Source of the DNA: an uncultured Zetaproteobacteria bacterium
GTDB lineage: Bacteria; Pseudomonadota; Zetaproteobacteria; Mariprofundales; Mariprofundaceae
Assembly: GCA_964407235.1 (NCBI GenBank)
Contig: CAYOUW010000003.1
Coordinates: 1 to 51,965, forward strand
Direction: 5' to 3'
Length of the DNA: 51,965 bases
In this document: in pieces, positions 37,013-46,267 of the stretch
Numbering within the stretch: position 1 is the stretch's first letter
Layout of the letters: each line of letters starts with the position of its first letter
The notes under the pieces: model-generated
Told to the model about the DNA's origin: nothing
The model's input: the letters and a program-made list of their open reading frames with translations, nothing else
Database searches by the model: none
Translations under genes and position numbers: made by a program

Positions 37013-37546
37013 ATGGCGGAGAATCAACAGGGTACGGTTGAAAAAGTATTTGAATGGATCCTGTGGAATAGCCGCTTTGTGGTCATTCTTGCGGTCCTTT
37101 CCTCATTGGTTGGCATGGTGTTGCTGTTTGTGCTGGCAGCGGAAAACATGCTGCATCTGGCCTGGCAGTTCATTGAAATAGAATTTATGGGCGTTGAACA
37201 CCCGGGTTACCATGTCGAGGCGGTCGGGCAGATCATCTCGGCCGTTGATGATTTCCTGCTCGGCACCGTCCTGCTGATTTTCGGCCTTGGTCTGTATGAA
37301 TTGTTTATCAGCAAGATTGATATTGCCCATGGAGATGAAAAGGCCAACAATATCCTGACGATTAACAACCTGGATGATTTGAAGGATCGTCTGGCCAAAG
37401 TGGTTCTGATGATTCTGGTCGTGGCCTTCTTCAAAAACGTACTGCATGTCACCTTCGACAATCCGTTGAACATTTTATACATGGGCGCTGGCATCCTGAT
37501 GGTGTCGCTGGCGACTTATTTCACGCATAAAGCCGGTGAACACTAA
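37013..37546 (+). CDS. YqhA (UPF0114) family membrane protein
   Basis: VEKVFEWILWNSRFVVILAVLSSLVGMVLLF is typical of YqhA. ATG 37013 preceded by AAAGAGG. Confidence 0.7.
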   Translation: MAENQQGTVEKVFEWILWNSRFVVILAVLSSLVGMVLLFVLAAENMLHLAWQFIEIEFMGVEHPGYHVEAVGQIISAVDDFLLGTVLLIFGLGLYELFISKIDIAHGDEKANNILTINNLDDLKDRLAKVVLMILVVAFFKNVLHVTFDNPLNILYMGAGILMVSLATYFTHKAGEH

Positions 37547-37548
37547 AC

Positions 37549-38244
37549 ATGACGGAACAGGGAGAGGGAGTCTGGCTAAGGCGCGGGCTGGATGTCCTGC
37601 TGTTTCTGTTGACGATTAGTTCGGTTCTGGTTTCTTTCTGGGAGCAGTCTCCGGACTGGTTGCAGTTGGCGGCGCTTTCGATGTTTGTTCTCTTCTTTTT
37701 GTGGCGCTGGCGTATCGATCTGAACCCGGCGGGCTACATTCGTAGCAACTGGTTTGATTTGGTGTTCGTTGTCCTTCTTGCATCGCCCGTATTGCGGCTT
37801 TTTACCGCCCTCAGGATTGCACGCCTTGCACCGGCTTTACGTCTGGGTTCGTTAATGCGCAAACACCGAAAACAAATTTTGAAACTTATTTTATTATCGC
37901 GTGACAGTTTTCCGGTTGCCATGGCTATTCTTTTCGGAATGGTGTTTATTTCCGGCGCCAGCGCCTGGCTGCTGGAACATCATCAGAATGCTTCCTTTGC
38001 CAACCTCAGTGATGGATTATGGTGGGCGTTTGTCACCCTGTCGACTGTCGGTTATGGCGATATTGTGCCGGTAACGGATGCAGGCCGGATTATCGCCGTG
38101 CTGACCATGGTGTTTGGCCTTGTCGCCTACTCTCTGTTGATTGCCAATCTCACCCATTTTCTTGAGACGCTGGATCCGGCACTGGATCCGGCAAGGCAGG
38201 ATGATAAAAAAGAAGGGATGGGAAAGGGCGTGCGATCGGCTTGA
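37549..38244 (+). CDS. Potassium channel (compact voltage-sensor-like + pore), 231 aa
   Basis: Selectivity filter TLSTVGYGDIVP. Preceding helix with Arg at every third position (RLFTALRIARLAPALRLGSLMRKHRK) resembles S4. Confidence 0.8.
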   Translation: MTEQGEGVWLRRGLDVLLFLLTISSVLVSFWEQSPDWLQLAALSMFVLFFLWRWRIDLNPAGYIRSNWFDLVFVVLLASPVLRLFTALRIARLAPALRLGSLMRKHRKQILKLILLSRDSFPVAMAILFGMVFISGASAWLLEHHQNASFANLSDGLWWAFVTLSTVGYGDIVPVTDAGRIIAVLTMVFGLVAYSLLIANLTHFLETLDPALDPARQDDKKEGMGKGVRSA

Positions 38245-38331
38245 GGGTAAAACCTTGTCCGGTTGTTAGCCGGGATTATTCATAAATCATCCCGATTAGA
38301 CAGCCTCCAAAGATCGTACGAAATGATTGCC

Positions 38332-38406
<75 letters not shown>

Positions 38407-38451
38407 GAAGACTCAACCCTATAGAGAAAAGGGCTTTTCGGGTCTGTAAGC

Positions 38452-38527
38452 TGGAGCGGGAAACCGGGTTCGAACCGGCGACCTCAACCTTGGCAAGGTT
38501 GCGCTCTACCAACTGAGCTATTCCCGC
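38452..38527 (-). tRNA. tRNA-Gly (anticodon GCC)
   Basis: Reverse complement GCGGGAATAGCTCAGTTGGTAGAGCGCAACCTTGCCAAGGTTGAGGTCGCCGGTTCGAACCCGGTTTCCCGCTCCA. Confidence 0.9.
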
Positions 38528-38539
38528 TTGAGGGAAGCG

Positions 38540-38568
38540 AATAATGCCGATTGCCTTATCGCTGTCAA
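38540..38568 (-). promoter_or_regulatory. Candidate sigma70 promoter of the tRNA-Gly/tRNA-Cys operon
   Basis: On the minus strand: TTGACA-17 nt-ATTATT, ending ~12 nt before the tRNA-Gly 5' end. Confidence 0.4.
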
Positions 38569-39026
38569 CAATCCACCTCGGGGTGCATCGCCAGCATCTC
38601 TGGCACAATAAGGGTGAGCCGGAGTGCGGTAGCCCCGTCATGCCCGCAAAGCGAGGCGTGGTATTTCCCGTGTCACTATTCCAGTACAATAAAGCTTGAC
38701 AAGGTTTTCGGTCAGAAACTGGTAAATCAAGCACCATCACCGTTTTCTCCGGAACTATCGTTGTAAGCCTGCTCAATGGTCACCAATCCATTTTCAAACA
38801 GCACTTTTCGACTGGCTGCAGACAAAATAATTGGATTGATTACGGCGCCATTCTATGGCGCGGTGGGCAGCAAGGTCATGTCGGAACCACGTTGAAGCAG
38901 GTGGATGATGCACATTACCGGACAGCTCATTCACCCGTTTGACAGCGCCGTACGTCAATGTCAGATCCTGGGGGGTACACATCCTGTTTGCAAAAAGAGA
39001 GCGATTGGTCAAAACTGTCATCGAGG

Positions 39027-40289
39027 ATGAATAAAGGGCGCTTCCCCAAGGAGTCTTTCTTGAAAGTCCAGGCACATAAAACTTATGATATCGTTATTGT
39101 CGGCGGAGGGTTGGCAGGGGCGTCTCTTGCCATTTCAGCGGCGAAAACAGGCCTTTCCGTGGCGATGGTGGAGACGCATGCCGTGGATACATTCGCCACG
39201 GGTCAGCCGGAACGGGTGATTGCGCTTTCCTATGCTTCCCGCTGCCATCTGGAAAGACTTGGCGTGTGGGCGGAGATCGAGAGACTTGGCATGGCAGCTA
39301 TTCGACAGGTGCATATCGCGGATCCCGGCAGTTGTGGAGAGGTGCGGATGCACCGGGCTCAGGCAGATATTGATGCGCTGGGTTATGTCGTGCCCAACGC
39401 GCATATCCTGCGCTCGCTTTACGATGCGATGCCGCCGGAAGCGGCGGTGCTGGCTTCCGCACGGGTGCAAGCGCTTGAGATTGCGGATGATGCCATGCAT
39501 GTGACCGTGGTGCGGGATAATCAGGAAGAACATATCTCTTGCCGTTTGCTGGTGGGTGCGGATGGTTCCGCCAGCCGCGCCCGGCGTTTGTGCGGCATTG
39601 GCAGCCGGGGCTGGGATCATAACCGTTTCGGACTGGTGGCTTCGGTTCGTCCAGGCTTGCCGCACCGGAATATCGCCCATGAATATTTTCGCACCAGTGG
39701 GCCGCTGGCCTTTCTGCCACTGGATGAGGCACGTTACTCGATTGTGTGGACGATGGCACCCCGAGATGCCAGCCGTATCATGGATATGGACGATGCGGCT
39801 TTCCTGCGTGAACTGAATCATGCGGCGGGATCGGATATGCGCGGGGCTTTTGGCGGACTGGTCGAAACAGGTCCGCGAGCGCTATTCCCGCTCGAGTTTC
39901 GCATGGCGACGGCGTTGACTGCGCCACGTACAGTCCTGATTGGCAATGCGGCCCATACCCTGCATCCGGTGGCGGGCCAGGGTTTGAATCTCGGGCTGAG
40001 GGATGTGGCGGTACTGGCTGATACGTTACGCAAGGCTATGGACAGAAAAGGGGATGCGGGTTCTCCTGTCGTTCTGGAAGAATACTGTCAACGCAGAATG
40101 CTTGATAATCTGGCGCTGGCTGCCTTTACGGAAGGAACAAATGTTATCTTTTCCAATAACTTTCTACCTGCAAAACTGGCAAGAGGCGCAGGGCTTCTTG
40201 GCATGCAATGCCTGCCGCCAGCGCGCGACTGGCTGATGCGGCGCACCACGGGTCTGGCGCAGGCAATTTCGCTGGACGGCGGCGTATGA
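39027..40289 (+). CDS. ubiH: UbiH/UbiF/VisC/COQ6-family FAD-dependent ubiquinone biosynthesis hydroxylase (UbiH-like)
   Basis: Dinucleotide fold YDIVIVGGGLAGASLA; LLVGADGSASRAR; GNAAHTLHPVAGQGLNLGLRD. ATG 39027. Confidence 0.8.
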   Translation: MNKGRFPKESFLKVQAHKTYDIVIVGGGLAGASLAISAAKTGLSVAMVETHAVDTFATGQPERVIALSYASRCHLERLGVWAEIERLGMAAIRQVHIADPGSCGEVRMHRAQADIDALGYVVPNAHILRSLYDAMPPEAAVLASARVQALEIADDAMHVTVVRDNQEEHISCRLLVGADGSASRARRLCGIGSRGWDHNRFGLVASVRPGLPHRNIAHEYFRTSGPLAFLPLDEARYSIVWTMAPRDASRIMDMDDAAFLRELNHAAGSDMRGAFGGLVETGPRALFPLEFRMATALTAPRTVLIGNAAHTLHPVAGQGLNLGLRDVAVLADTLRKAMDRKGDAGSPVVLEEYCQRRMLDNLALAAFTEGTNVIFSNNFLPAKLARGAGLLGMQCLPPARDWLMRRTTGLAQAISLDGGV

Positions 40290-41509
40290 AGAGAACACGC
40301 CGAAGCAGGGAGAGAACCGAAAAGGGCTTGATCATTATCGGTGGAGGCATGGTAGGGCTGGCTCTGGCCTGCGCACTGAAGGACACGGGTTTGGAGATCG
40401 CCGTTGTTGAGCGGGCCGAAGCCGAGACTCGCATGTCGCTGGAGCGCGATTGCCGTGTGTCCGCCATTGTGGTCGGAACAGCCGAGGCGCTGAGAGGCAT
40501 CGGTGTCTGGCCTTACGTGAAGAACAAGGCGGGTTCTATTGACAGCATGCGAATATGGGATAACCAGCGCTTTGGAAGCATTCGATTCGAGGCCGAAGAG
40601 GTCGGGCTGGATACATTGGGATATATCGTTGAAAATAGTGTGCTTTTGTCTGCCATGCTGGAGGTTGTTCACGCATCGGAAAATATCGAATGGTGCTGCC
40701 CGGCATCGGTGGAATCGGTACAATGGAAAGCAGGCTGCGTGGAAGCGTCGCTGGATGACGGGCGTGTTTTTACCACGCCGCTGATTGTCGGTGCGGATGG
40801 CGGACGTTCGTGGCTGCGCAGTCAGGCTCATGTTCCCGCATGGAGTCACCGATTTGAGCAACAGGGCATCGTTGCCACCATTCAGCCTCAATTGTCGCAT
40901 CAGAACTGCGCCTATCAGCGTTTTCTGCCCACAGGCCCGTTGGCTTTCCTGCCGCTGACGGATGGATTGTGTTCGATTGTATGGAGTACACGGGACACTG
41001 AAGCGGATCGGCTGATGGCGCTGGGCGACAATACATTTCTGGCCGAACTACAGGCTGCATTCGGGCCTGTCCTCGGTGTGTTGGAGGCGGCGGGTGATCG
41101 CGCCGCATTTCCGCTCGGAAGCCAGCTTTCCCGACATATTGTGCGTCCCCGAATGGCTCTCATTGGTGATGCGGCGCACCAGGTCCATCCGCTGGCAGGG
41201 CTTGGCGTCAATCTGGGTATCCGCGATGCCATGGTACTGGCGCAGGAAATTGCCGATGCCCGTCGCTTTGAGGAGGACTACGGCAGTCCGGATGTGCTGA
41301 ACCGGTTTATGCGTAATCGCATGCCGGATATTCTGGCTGTGATGGGGGGGATGGAGGCTCTTAATTATTTGTTTACGCACGATGTTCCGGGGCTGGCATT
41401 GTTGCGCGATGCCGGAATGCGGGTTGTAGGGAACAGCGGTCCGGTCAAACGGATGCTGATGCGCCACGCCATGGGACTGACGCTGCCGGTTCCAAAACAG
41501 ATTTCATAG
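40286..41509 (+). CDS. Second UbiH/UbiF/VisC/COQ6-family hydroxylase (UbiI/UbiF-like)
   Basis: LIIIGGGMVGLALA; IVGADGGRSWLR; GDAAHQVHPLAGLGVNLGIRD. ATG 40286 overlaps the upstream stop (ATGA). Confidence 0.8.
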   Translation: MKRTRRSRERTEKGLIIIGGGMVGLALACALKDTGLEIAVVERAEAETRMSLERDCRVSAIVVGTAEALRGIGVWPYVKNKAGSIDSMRIWDNQRFGSIRFEAEEVGLDTLGYIVENSVLLSAMLEVVHASENIEWCCPASVESVQWKAGCVEASLDDGRVFTTPLIVGADGGRSWLRSQAHVPAWSHRFEQQGIVATIQPQLSHQNCAYQRFLPTGPLAFLPLTDGLCSIVWSTRDTEADRLMALGDNTFLAELQAAFGPVLGVLEAAGDRAAFPLGSQLSRHIVRPRMALIGDAAHQVHPLAGLGVNLGIRDAMVLAQEIADARRFEEDYGSPDVLNRFMRNRMPDILAVMGGMEALNYLFTHDVPGLALLRDAGMRVVGNSGPVKRMLMRHAMGLTLPVPKQIS

Positions 41510-41530
41510 CTCCTGAAAACGGCATAATTC

Positions 41531-41788
41531 TTGCTCGTTGTGTGCATGACCGAGCACATGGATGAGGAGTTTCATCGTCGATTATTGGCCATGGTTGAAT
41601 CCATGCCTGCTTTTCCGGAAAGCGTACATCAGATCGATACTTTATCAGACAAAGTTCACGATATGCCTGTGCTGGTGAATCATCCGGTTGTGAATTTTGG
41701 ATATCGAATCGACACGGGAAGGCGTGTTCATCGAGTGGTAATGCTCATCTCACTCCTGATTTACTACCCGATTATGAATACTCTTTGA
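41531..41788 (+). CDS. Hypothetical 85-aa protein (possibly a gene remnant)
   Basis: ORF only; no recognisable domain. The segment SMPAFPESVHQIDTLSDK faintly resembles the start of HDOD domains. The 3' part lies in AT-rich DNA. Confidence 0.25.
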   Translation: MLVVCMTEHMDEEFHRRLLAMVESMPAFPESVHQIDTLSDKVHDMPVLVNHPVVNFGYRIDTGRRVHRVVMLISLLIYYPIMNTL

Positions 41789-41849
41789 ATGAAAAAACAT
41801 CCACATAGAATCTTATTACAATTCATATTTTTCCGGATAGGCTTCGCCG

Positions 41850-42959
41850 ATGTCCGAGATTCAGGTATTGGTTCCCGATCTGTCACATCTGAAAGGTGTG
41901 CGCATCATTGCCGCGATGAGTGGCGGAGTGGATTCGTCTGTGATAGCGGCGCTGCTTGCGGATGCGGACGCGGATGTGGTCGGTGTGTTTTTGAATGTTT
42001 GGGACTATTCACGCGATGAAGTAAGTCGCCATGGTTCCTGCTGCGCTACCGAGGATGCCTATGACGCGCATCGGGTGGCGGACCATATTGGAATCCCGTT
42101 CTATTCGATGGATATGCGAAAAAATTTTCGTGAGCATGTCATTGATCCGTTCATTGCCGATTATGAATCGGGCCGGACACCGAATCCCTGCGAACGTTGC
42201 AACCGTTTCGTGAAGTTCGGCGCCCTGCTGGATGTGGCTGATGAACTGGAAGCGGCGTTTGTAGCGACCGGACATTATGCGCGCCGCCGGGATGACAAAA
42301 ACGGCGTGCACATCTATAAGGGAAACGATATGCACAAGGATCAGAGTTATTTTCTGGCAACCACGAGTCGCGAGCAGGTTGAAAGGATTCTTTTTCCGGT
42401 GGGACATCTGGAGAAGGGCGAAACCCGCAAGCTGGCAGAGCAGTTTGGCCTGCCGACAGCGGGAAAGCGTGAAAGCCAGGATATCTGTTTTATTCCCGCG
42501 GGAGATCGCATCGAATTTTTGAAGCGTGAAGGATCATCCGCCGGACTTAAGCCGGGTAATGTTGTCGACAGGAATGGAAACGTGTTGGGAAAACATCAGG
42601 GTATCGCATGTTATACTTTGGGGCAGCGCAAGGGTTTAGGGCTTTCCGGCGGGCCGTGGCATGTGGTGGGTCTCGATGGAGATACGGCACGGGTTGTGGT
42701 GGCTCCGCCTGAGGAAGCATTGATTCGCAGGGTAAAAGTGGATGATATCACGTGGATTCGCCAGCCACAGGGTTCTGAGGTGATAACTGCCAAACTGCGC
42801 TATCAGTCAAAGCCGGCGCCATGCTGTATTTCCGCAGAGGGTAAGAATATGCATGTTGTATTTGATGCTCCGCAGAAACCAACAGCGCCGGGCCAGGTAG
42901 CAGCATTTTATACCGGCGATGAATTGCTTGGCGGTGGTATTATCTCAGAGGTCGCATAA
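41850..42959 (+). CDS. mnmA: tRNA-specific 2-thiouridylase MnmA
   Basis: PP-loop IAAMSGGVDSSV; catalytic cysteines (TPNPCERCN; QDICFI); KDQSYFL. Confidence 0.9.
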   Translation: MSEIQVLVPDLSHLKGVRIIAAMSGGVDSSVIAALLADADADVVGVFLNVWDYSRDEVSRHGSCCATEDAYDAHRVADHIGIPFYSMDMRKNFREHVIDPFIADYESGRTPNPCERCNRFVKFGALLDVADELEAAFVATGHYARRRDDKNGVHIYKGNDMHKDQSYFLATTSREQVERILFPVGHLEKGETRKLAEQFGLPTAGKRESQDICFIPAGDRIEFLKREGSSAGLKPGNVVDRNGNVLGKHQGIACYTLGQRKGLGLSGGPWHVVGLDGDTARVVVAPPEEALIRRVKVDDITWIRQPQGSEVITAKLRYQSKPAPCCISAEGKNMHVVFDAPQKPTAPGQVAAFYTGDELLGGGIISEVA

Positions 42960-42988
42960 AGAACCATAATCTGGAACGGAGGTAGTTT

Positions 42989-43435
42989 ATGTATCATGGA
43001 AAATCAATTTGGGTTGTTACGGCGGATGCCGGTCGAGCAAAAATATGGGCGGTGCGCACACCGTCATCTCCCCTTGAACTGGTTCGTGAAATGGAATCGC
43101 CGGAAGGGCGCATGCATGAACGGGATTTAACATCGGATTTGCCGGGCAGGGTTTTTGACAGCAAGGGATCGGGCAGGCATGCCATGGAACAGGAGGTGAG
43201 CCCGAAAAAGGAAGCGGCTATTCGTTTTTCTCATGAGCTGGCTGCTGTACTGGCGGAGGCGCACAATCACTCGGCGTTCGACAAGATTTATCTGGCGGCC
43301 GCACCATCGTTTCTTGGTTTGTTGCGTGATTGCTGTAAGGAAACCCTGAAACAGTGCGATGTGATCGAATTGGACAAGGATTATGTGGCCTTGGCCGCAA
43401 GTGAGTTGAGGTCGCGTCTGCCTGAGTATTTGTAG
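42989..43435 (+). CDS. Host-attachment-protein family protein
   Basis: IWVVTADAGRAKIW...DLTSDLPGRVFDSKGSGRHAME...FDKIYLAAAPSFLGLLR matches the 'host attachment protein' family pattern. Confidence 0.65.
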   Translation: MYHGKSIWVVTADAGRAKIWAVRTPSSPLELVREMESPEGRMHERDLTSDLPGRVFDSKGSGRHAMEQEVSPKKEAAIRFSHELAAVLAEAHNHSAFDKIYLAAAPSFLGLLRDCCKETLKQCDVIELDKDYVALAASELRSRLPEYL

Positions 43436-43528
43436 TCATCTTTCTTTCTTGGAACTTGGCTGCTGCTCCACTAGAGTGCCGCGCCACGCTGCCCGATGGG
43501 CGCGAAGCTTTAGAGAAGGGGTGTAAGC

Positions 43529-43957
43529 ATGGCAGTTCAACGTACGCTTTCGATTATCAAACCGGATGCGGTTGCCAAAAATGTAATTGGCGACATTATC
43601 CGTCGTTTTGAAGAGAACGGGCTGGCGGTGATTGCCACCCGTATGACACAGTTGTTCGCCGGACAGGCAGGGCGTTTTTACGCGGTGCATAAAGACCGTC
43701 CATTCTACAGAGATTTGTGTACGTTCATGAGTTCCGGCCCGATTCTGGCCATGGTTCTGGAGGGTAAGAATGCCGTGGCGCTGAACCGCCAGTTAATGGG
43801 TGCAACCAACCCGAAAGAAGCGGAAGCCGGCACCATTCGCGCCGACCATGCGGATTCTATTGATGCCAATGCCGTACACGGATCCGATTCGGAGGAAAAC
43901 GCGGCCATTGAGATCGCTTTTTTCTTCGGCGGTCTCGATTTGCATAGTCTTCGGTAA
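43529..43957 (+). CDS. ndk: Nucleoside diphosphate kinase
   Basis: [15 protein letters not shown]...GTIRADHA...NAVHGSDS (catalytic His). Confidence 0.95.
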   Translation: MAVQRTLSIIKPDAVAKNVIGDIIRRFEENGLAVIATRMTQLFAGQAGRFYAVHKDRPFYRDLCTFMSSGPILAMVLEGKNAVALNRQLMGATNPKEAEAGTIRADHADSIDANAVHGSDSEENAAIEIAFFFGGLDLHSLR

Positions 43958-44125
43958 ATTTTTAATGATCCGTAACTACTCAGGAGCCCTGGATTTTGTT
44001 CCCTGGCAAGGCGCGAGAAGCGCAGGATCCGTAGTATATGTGTCTATATGTGAGGATTCGAGCATCGCAGCAGCGCCGCCAGGGGGCAAAAGACGGGGGT
44101 GCTGAGTAGTTATGATGATCCTTTG

Positions 44126-45655
44126 ATGGGTGGCAAGAAACCTGTAGCAACCACGGCATCGCAAGCGCCTGAGCAAATTCGCGTCCGGCGGGAGAAACTG
44201 GCCCGCTTGCGCGCTGAAGGCATGGCTTATCCCAACAGTTTTCGCCCTGCCGATGCAAGCCGTGAAGTGCTGGCGCGGTGCGGGGACCGGGATGCGGACA
44301 AGTTGAAATCCGAAACGGTTTGCGTGCGTATGGCCGGACGCATGATGGCCCACCGTGTGATGGGTAAATCCAGTTTTATGCATATTCAGGATGAGTCGGG
44401 GCGAATTCAGATCTTTCTGAACCGGGATGAACTGGGATCGGAAACTTACAACCCTACCAAAAAATGGGATCTGGGCGACATTATTGGCGTGGAAGGCAGG
44501 CTTTTCCGCACCAGAACGGGTGAGTTGTCGGTCAGAGCCTCCCGTATTGAGATGGTGACCAAGTGCCTGCGGCCACTGCCCGAAAAATGGCACGGACTCG
44601 CGGACAAGGAAATGCGTTATCGCCAACGCTATGTGGACTTGATGGTGAATCCCGAGGTGAGGGATATATTCCGAACACGCTCAAGGGCCATCAACGCCTT
44701 GCGGCGCAGTCTTGTGGATCGGGAATTTATCGAGGTGGAGACCCCGATGCTGCAAAGTCAGCCCGGGGGGGCGGCGGCGCGTCCGTTTATCACCCACCAC
44801 CATGCCCTGGATATGGATCTGTATTTGCGTATCGCGCCAGAACTGTTCCTGAAACGCTTGCTGGTGGGCGGTATGGAGCGCGTGTTCGAGATTAACCGGA
44901 ATTTTCGTAATGAAGGGTTGGATGCAACGCATAATCCTGAGTTTACGATGGTCGAATTCTATCAGGCCTACGCTGATTTCAATGACGCAATGGACACGAC
45001 CGAGAGCCTGGTGCGGGAGGTAGCTGCCGCCTGCGATACCGGACAGGTGAGTTGGGAAGGTGTGGATATACGCCTGGATCTGCCATTCAAACGCATCCGT
45101 ATGGATGAAGCCGTTTTTGAGAGGTGTCCGGATGTGCGCGGTCACGCGCGGGACAAGGCTTTGCTGGCCACGGTCTGCATGCGGATAATTGAGCATTTCA
45201 AACCGCTGATAACCTGGAAGTCCGGGCACTATCTGGCGGCTTTATTTGAAGAACTGGTAGAGCCGGAGTTGCAACAACCCGCGTTTGTCACTCATTTCCC
45301 GGTGGATATATCCCCGCTGGCGAGGCGTAATGCTGATGATCCGTTTTTTACGGATCGTTTCGAGTTGTATATCGCAGGCAAGGAAATTGCCAACGGATTC
45401 TCGGAATTGAACGACCCCGATGATCAACGTGCGCGCTTTATGGCGCAGGCGCAAGCCATGGCGGCAGGGGATGATGAGGCGACGGGTGTGGATGAGGATT
45501 ACCTGCGCGCGCTTGAGTATGGCATGCCGCCAGCCGCGGGCGTAGGCATCGGCGTTGACCGGTTGGTGATGATGCTCACGGGACAGCATTCCATTCGGGA
45601 TGTGCTACTGTTTCCGCATATGCGCGGGGAGCATGCCCAACCCGACGGGAAATGA
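44126..45655 (+). CDS. lysS: Lysine--tRNA ligase (class II)
   Basis: RVRREKLARLRAEG...; OB-fold region; class II motifs (FRNEG, ELYIAGKEIANGFSELNDP, GVGIGVDRLVMM). ATG 44126 preferred; the GTG at 44099 lies inside an inverted repeat. Confidence 0.9.
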   Translation: MGGKKPVATTASQAPEQIRVRREKLARLRAEGMAYPNSFRPADASREVLARCGDRDADKLKSETVCVRMAGRMMAHRVMGKSSFMHIQDESGRIQIFLNRDELGSETYNPTKKWDLGDIIGVEGRLFRTRTGELSVRASRIEMVTKCLRPLPEKWHGLADKEMRYRQRYVDLMVNPEVRDIFRTRSRAINALRRSLVDREFIEVETPMLQSQPGGAAARPFITHHHALDMDLYLRIAPELFLKRLLVGGMERVFEINRNFRNEGLDATHNPEFTMVEFYQAYADFNDAMDTTESLVREVAAACDTGQVSWEGVDIRLDLPFKRIRMDEAVFERCPDVRGHARDKALLATVCMRIIEHFKPLITWKSGHYLAALFEELVEPELQQPAFVTHFPVDISPLARRNADDPFFTDRFELYIAGKEIANGFSELNDPDDQRARFMAQAQAMAAGDDEATGVDEDYLRALEYGMPPAAGVGIGVDRLVMMLTGQHSIRDVLLFPHMRGEHAQPDGK

Positions 45656-45793
45656 ATTTACAGCAGATTCGGGACTTGATCGGCGTGTTCATGGTTTAAC
45701 GATCTGTCGAGACGCATTCCAGTGAATTGGCTCTCATCGGCCCGGGTTAGATTTCACGGGTAAGAACTGCATACTGGCAACGGGAGGCGTGAG

Positions 45794-46267
45794 ATGCATG
45801 CGAACCTGATTATGATCAAGGATGTACCGACGTGTCGGCCCGATCAAACGGTTGCCGAGGCGATCGAATTACTGAAAAGGAAAAACTTTCGGATCATTCC
45901 GATCGTGGATAACGGGAAACATATTCTGGGAGCCGTGAATGCGTTGACATTGCTGACGCATATCGTACCGGAATATATTGTCGATGGATATTTGCAGTCC
46001 GTGCCATTTGCGCCGGATATCGGGCTGTTGCGTAAGCATTACCGAGAGATTCTCCAGAAAAACATTGCCGAGGTGATGGATGATAAGCCGACTATTGTAC
46101 GAGAGGATGAATCGCTGCTGTCGGCGACGGCAGCCATGGTCACCCATGACAGGTTTGAATACGTATTGGTTGCGGATGATCAACAACGTTTGACCGGGAT
46201 TATTTCATCGAGCGATATTCTGGAGGCCATGGATCATTTTATTCCGGAAAAAACATTTGATGCATAA
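45794..46267 (+). CDS. CBS-pair domain protein
   Basis: Two CBS motifs (VAEAIELLKRKNFRIIPIVDNGKHILGAVN; LLSATAAMVTHDRFEYVLVADDQQRLTGIISSSDIL). Confidence 0.8.
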   Translation: MHANLIMIKDVPTCRPDQTVAEAIELLKRKNFRIIPIVDNGKHILGAVNALTLLTHIVPEYIVDGYLQSVPFAPDIGLLRKHYREILQKNIAEVMDDKPTIVREDESLLSATAAMVTHDRFEYVLVADDQQRLTGIISSSDILEAMDHFIPEKTFDA

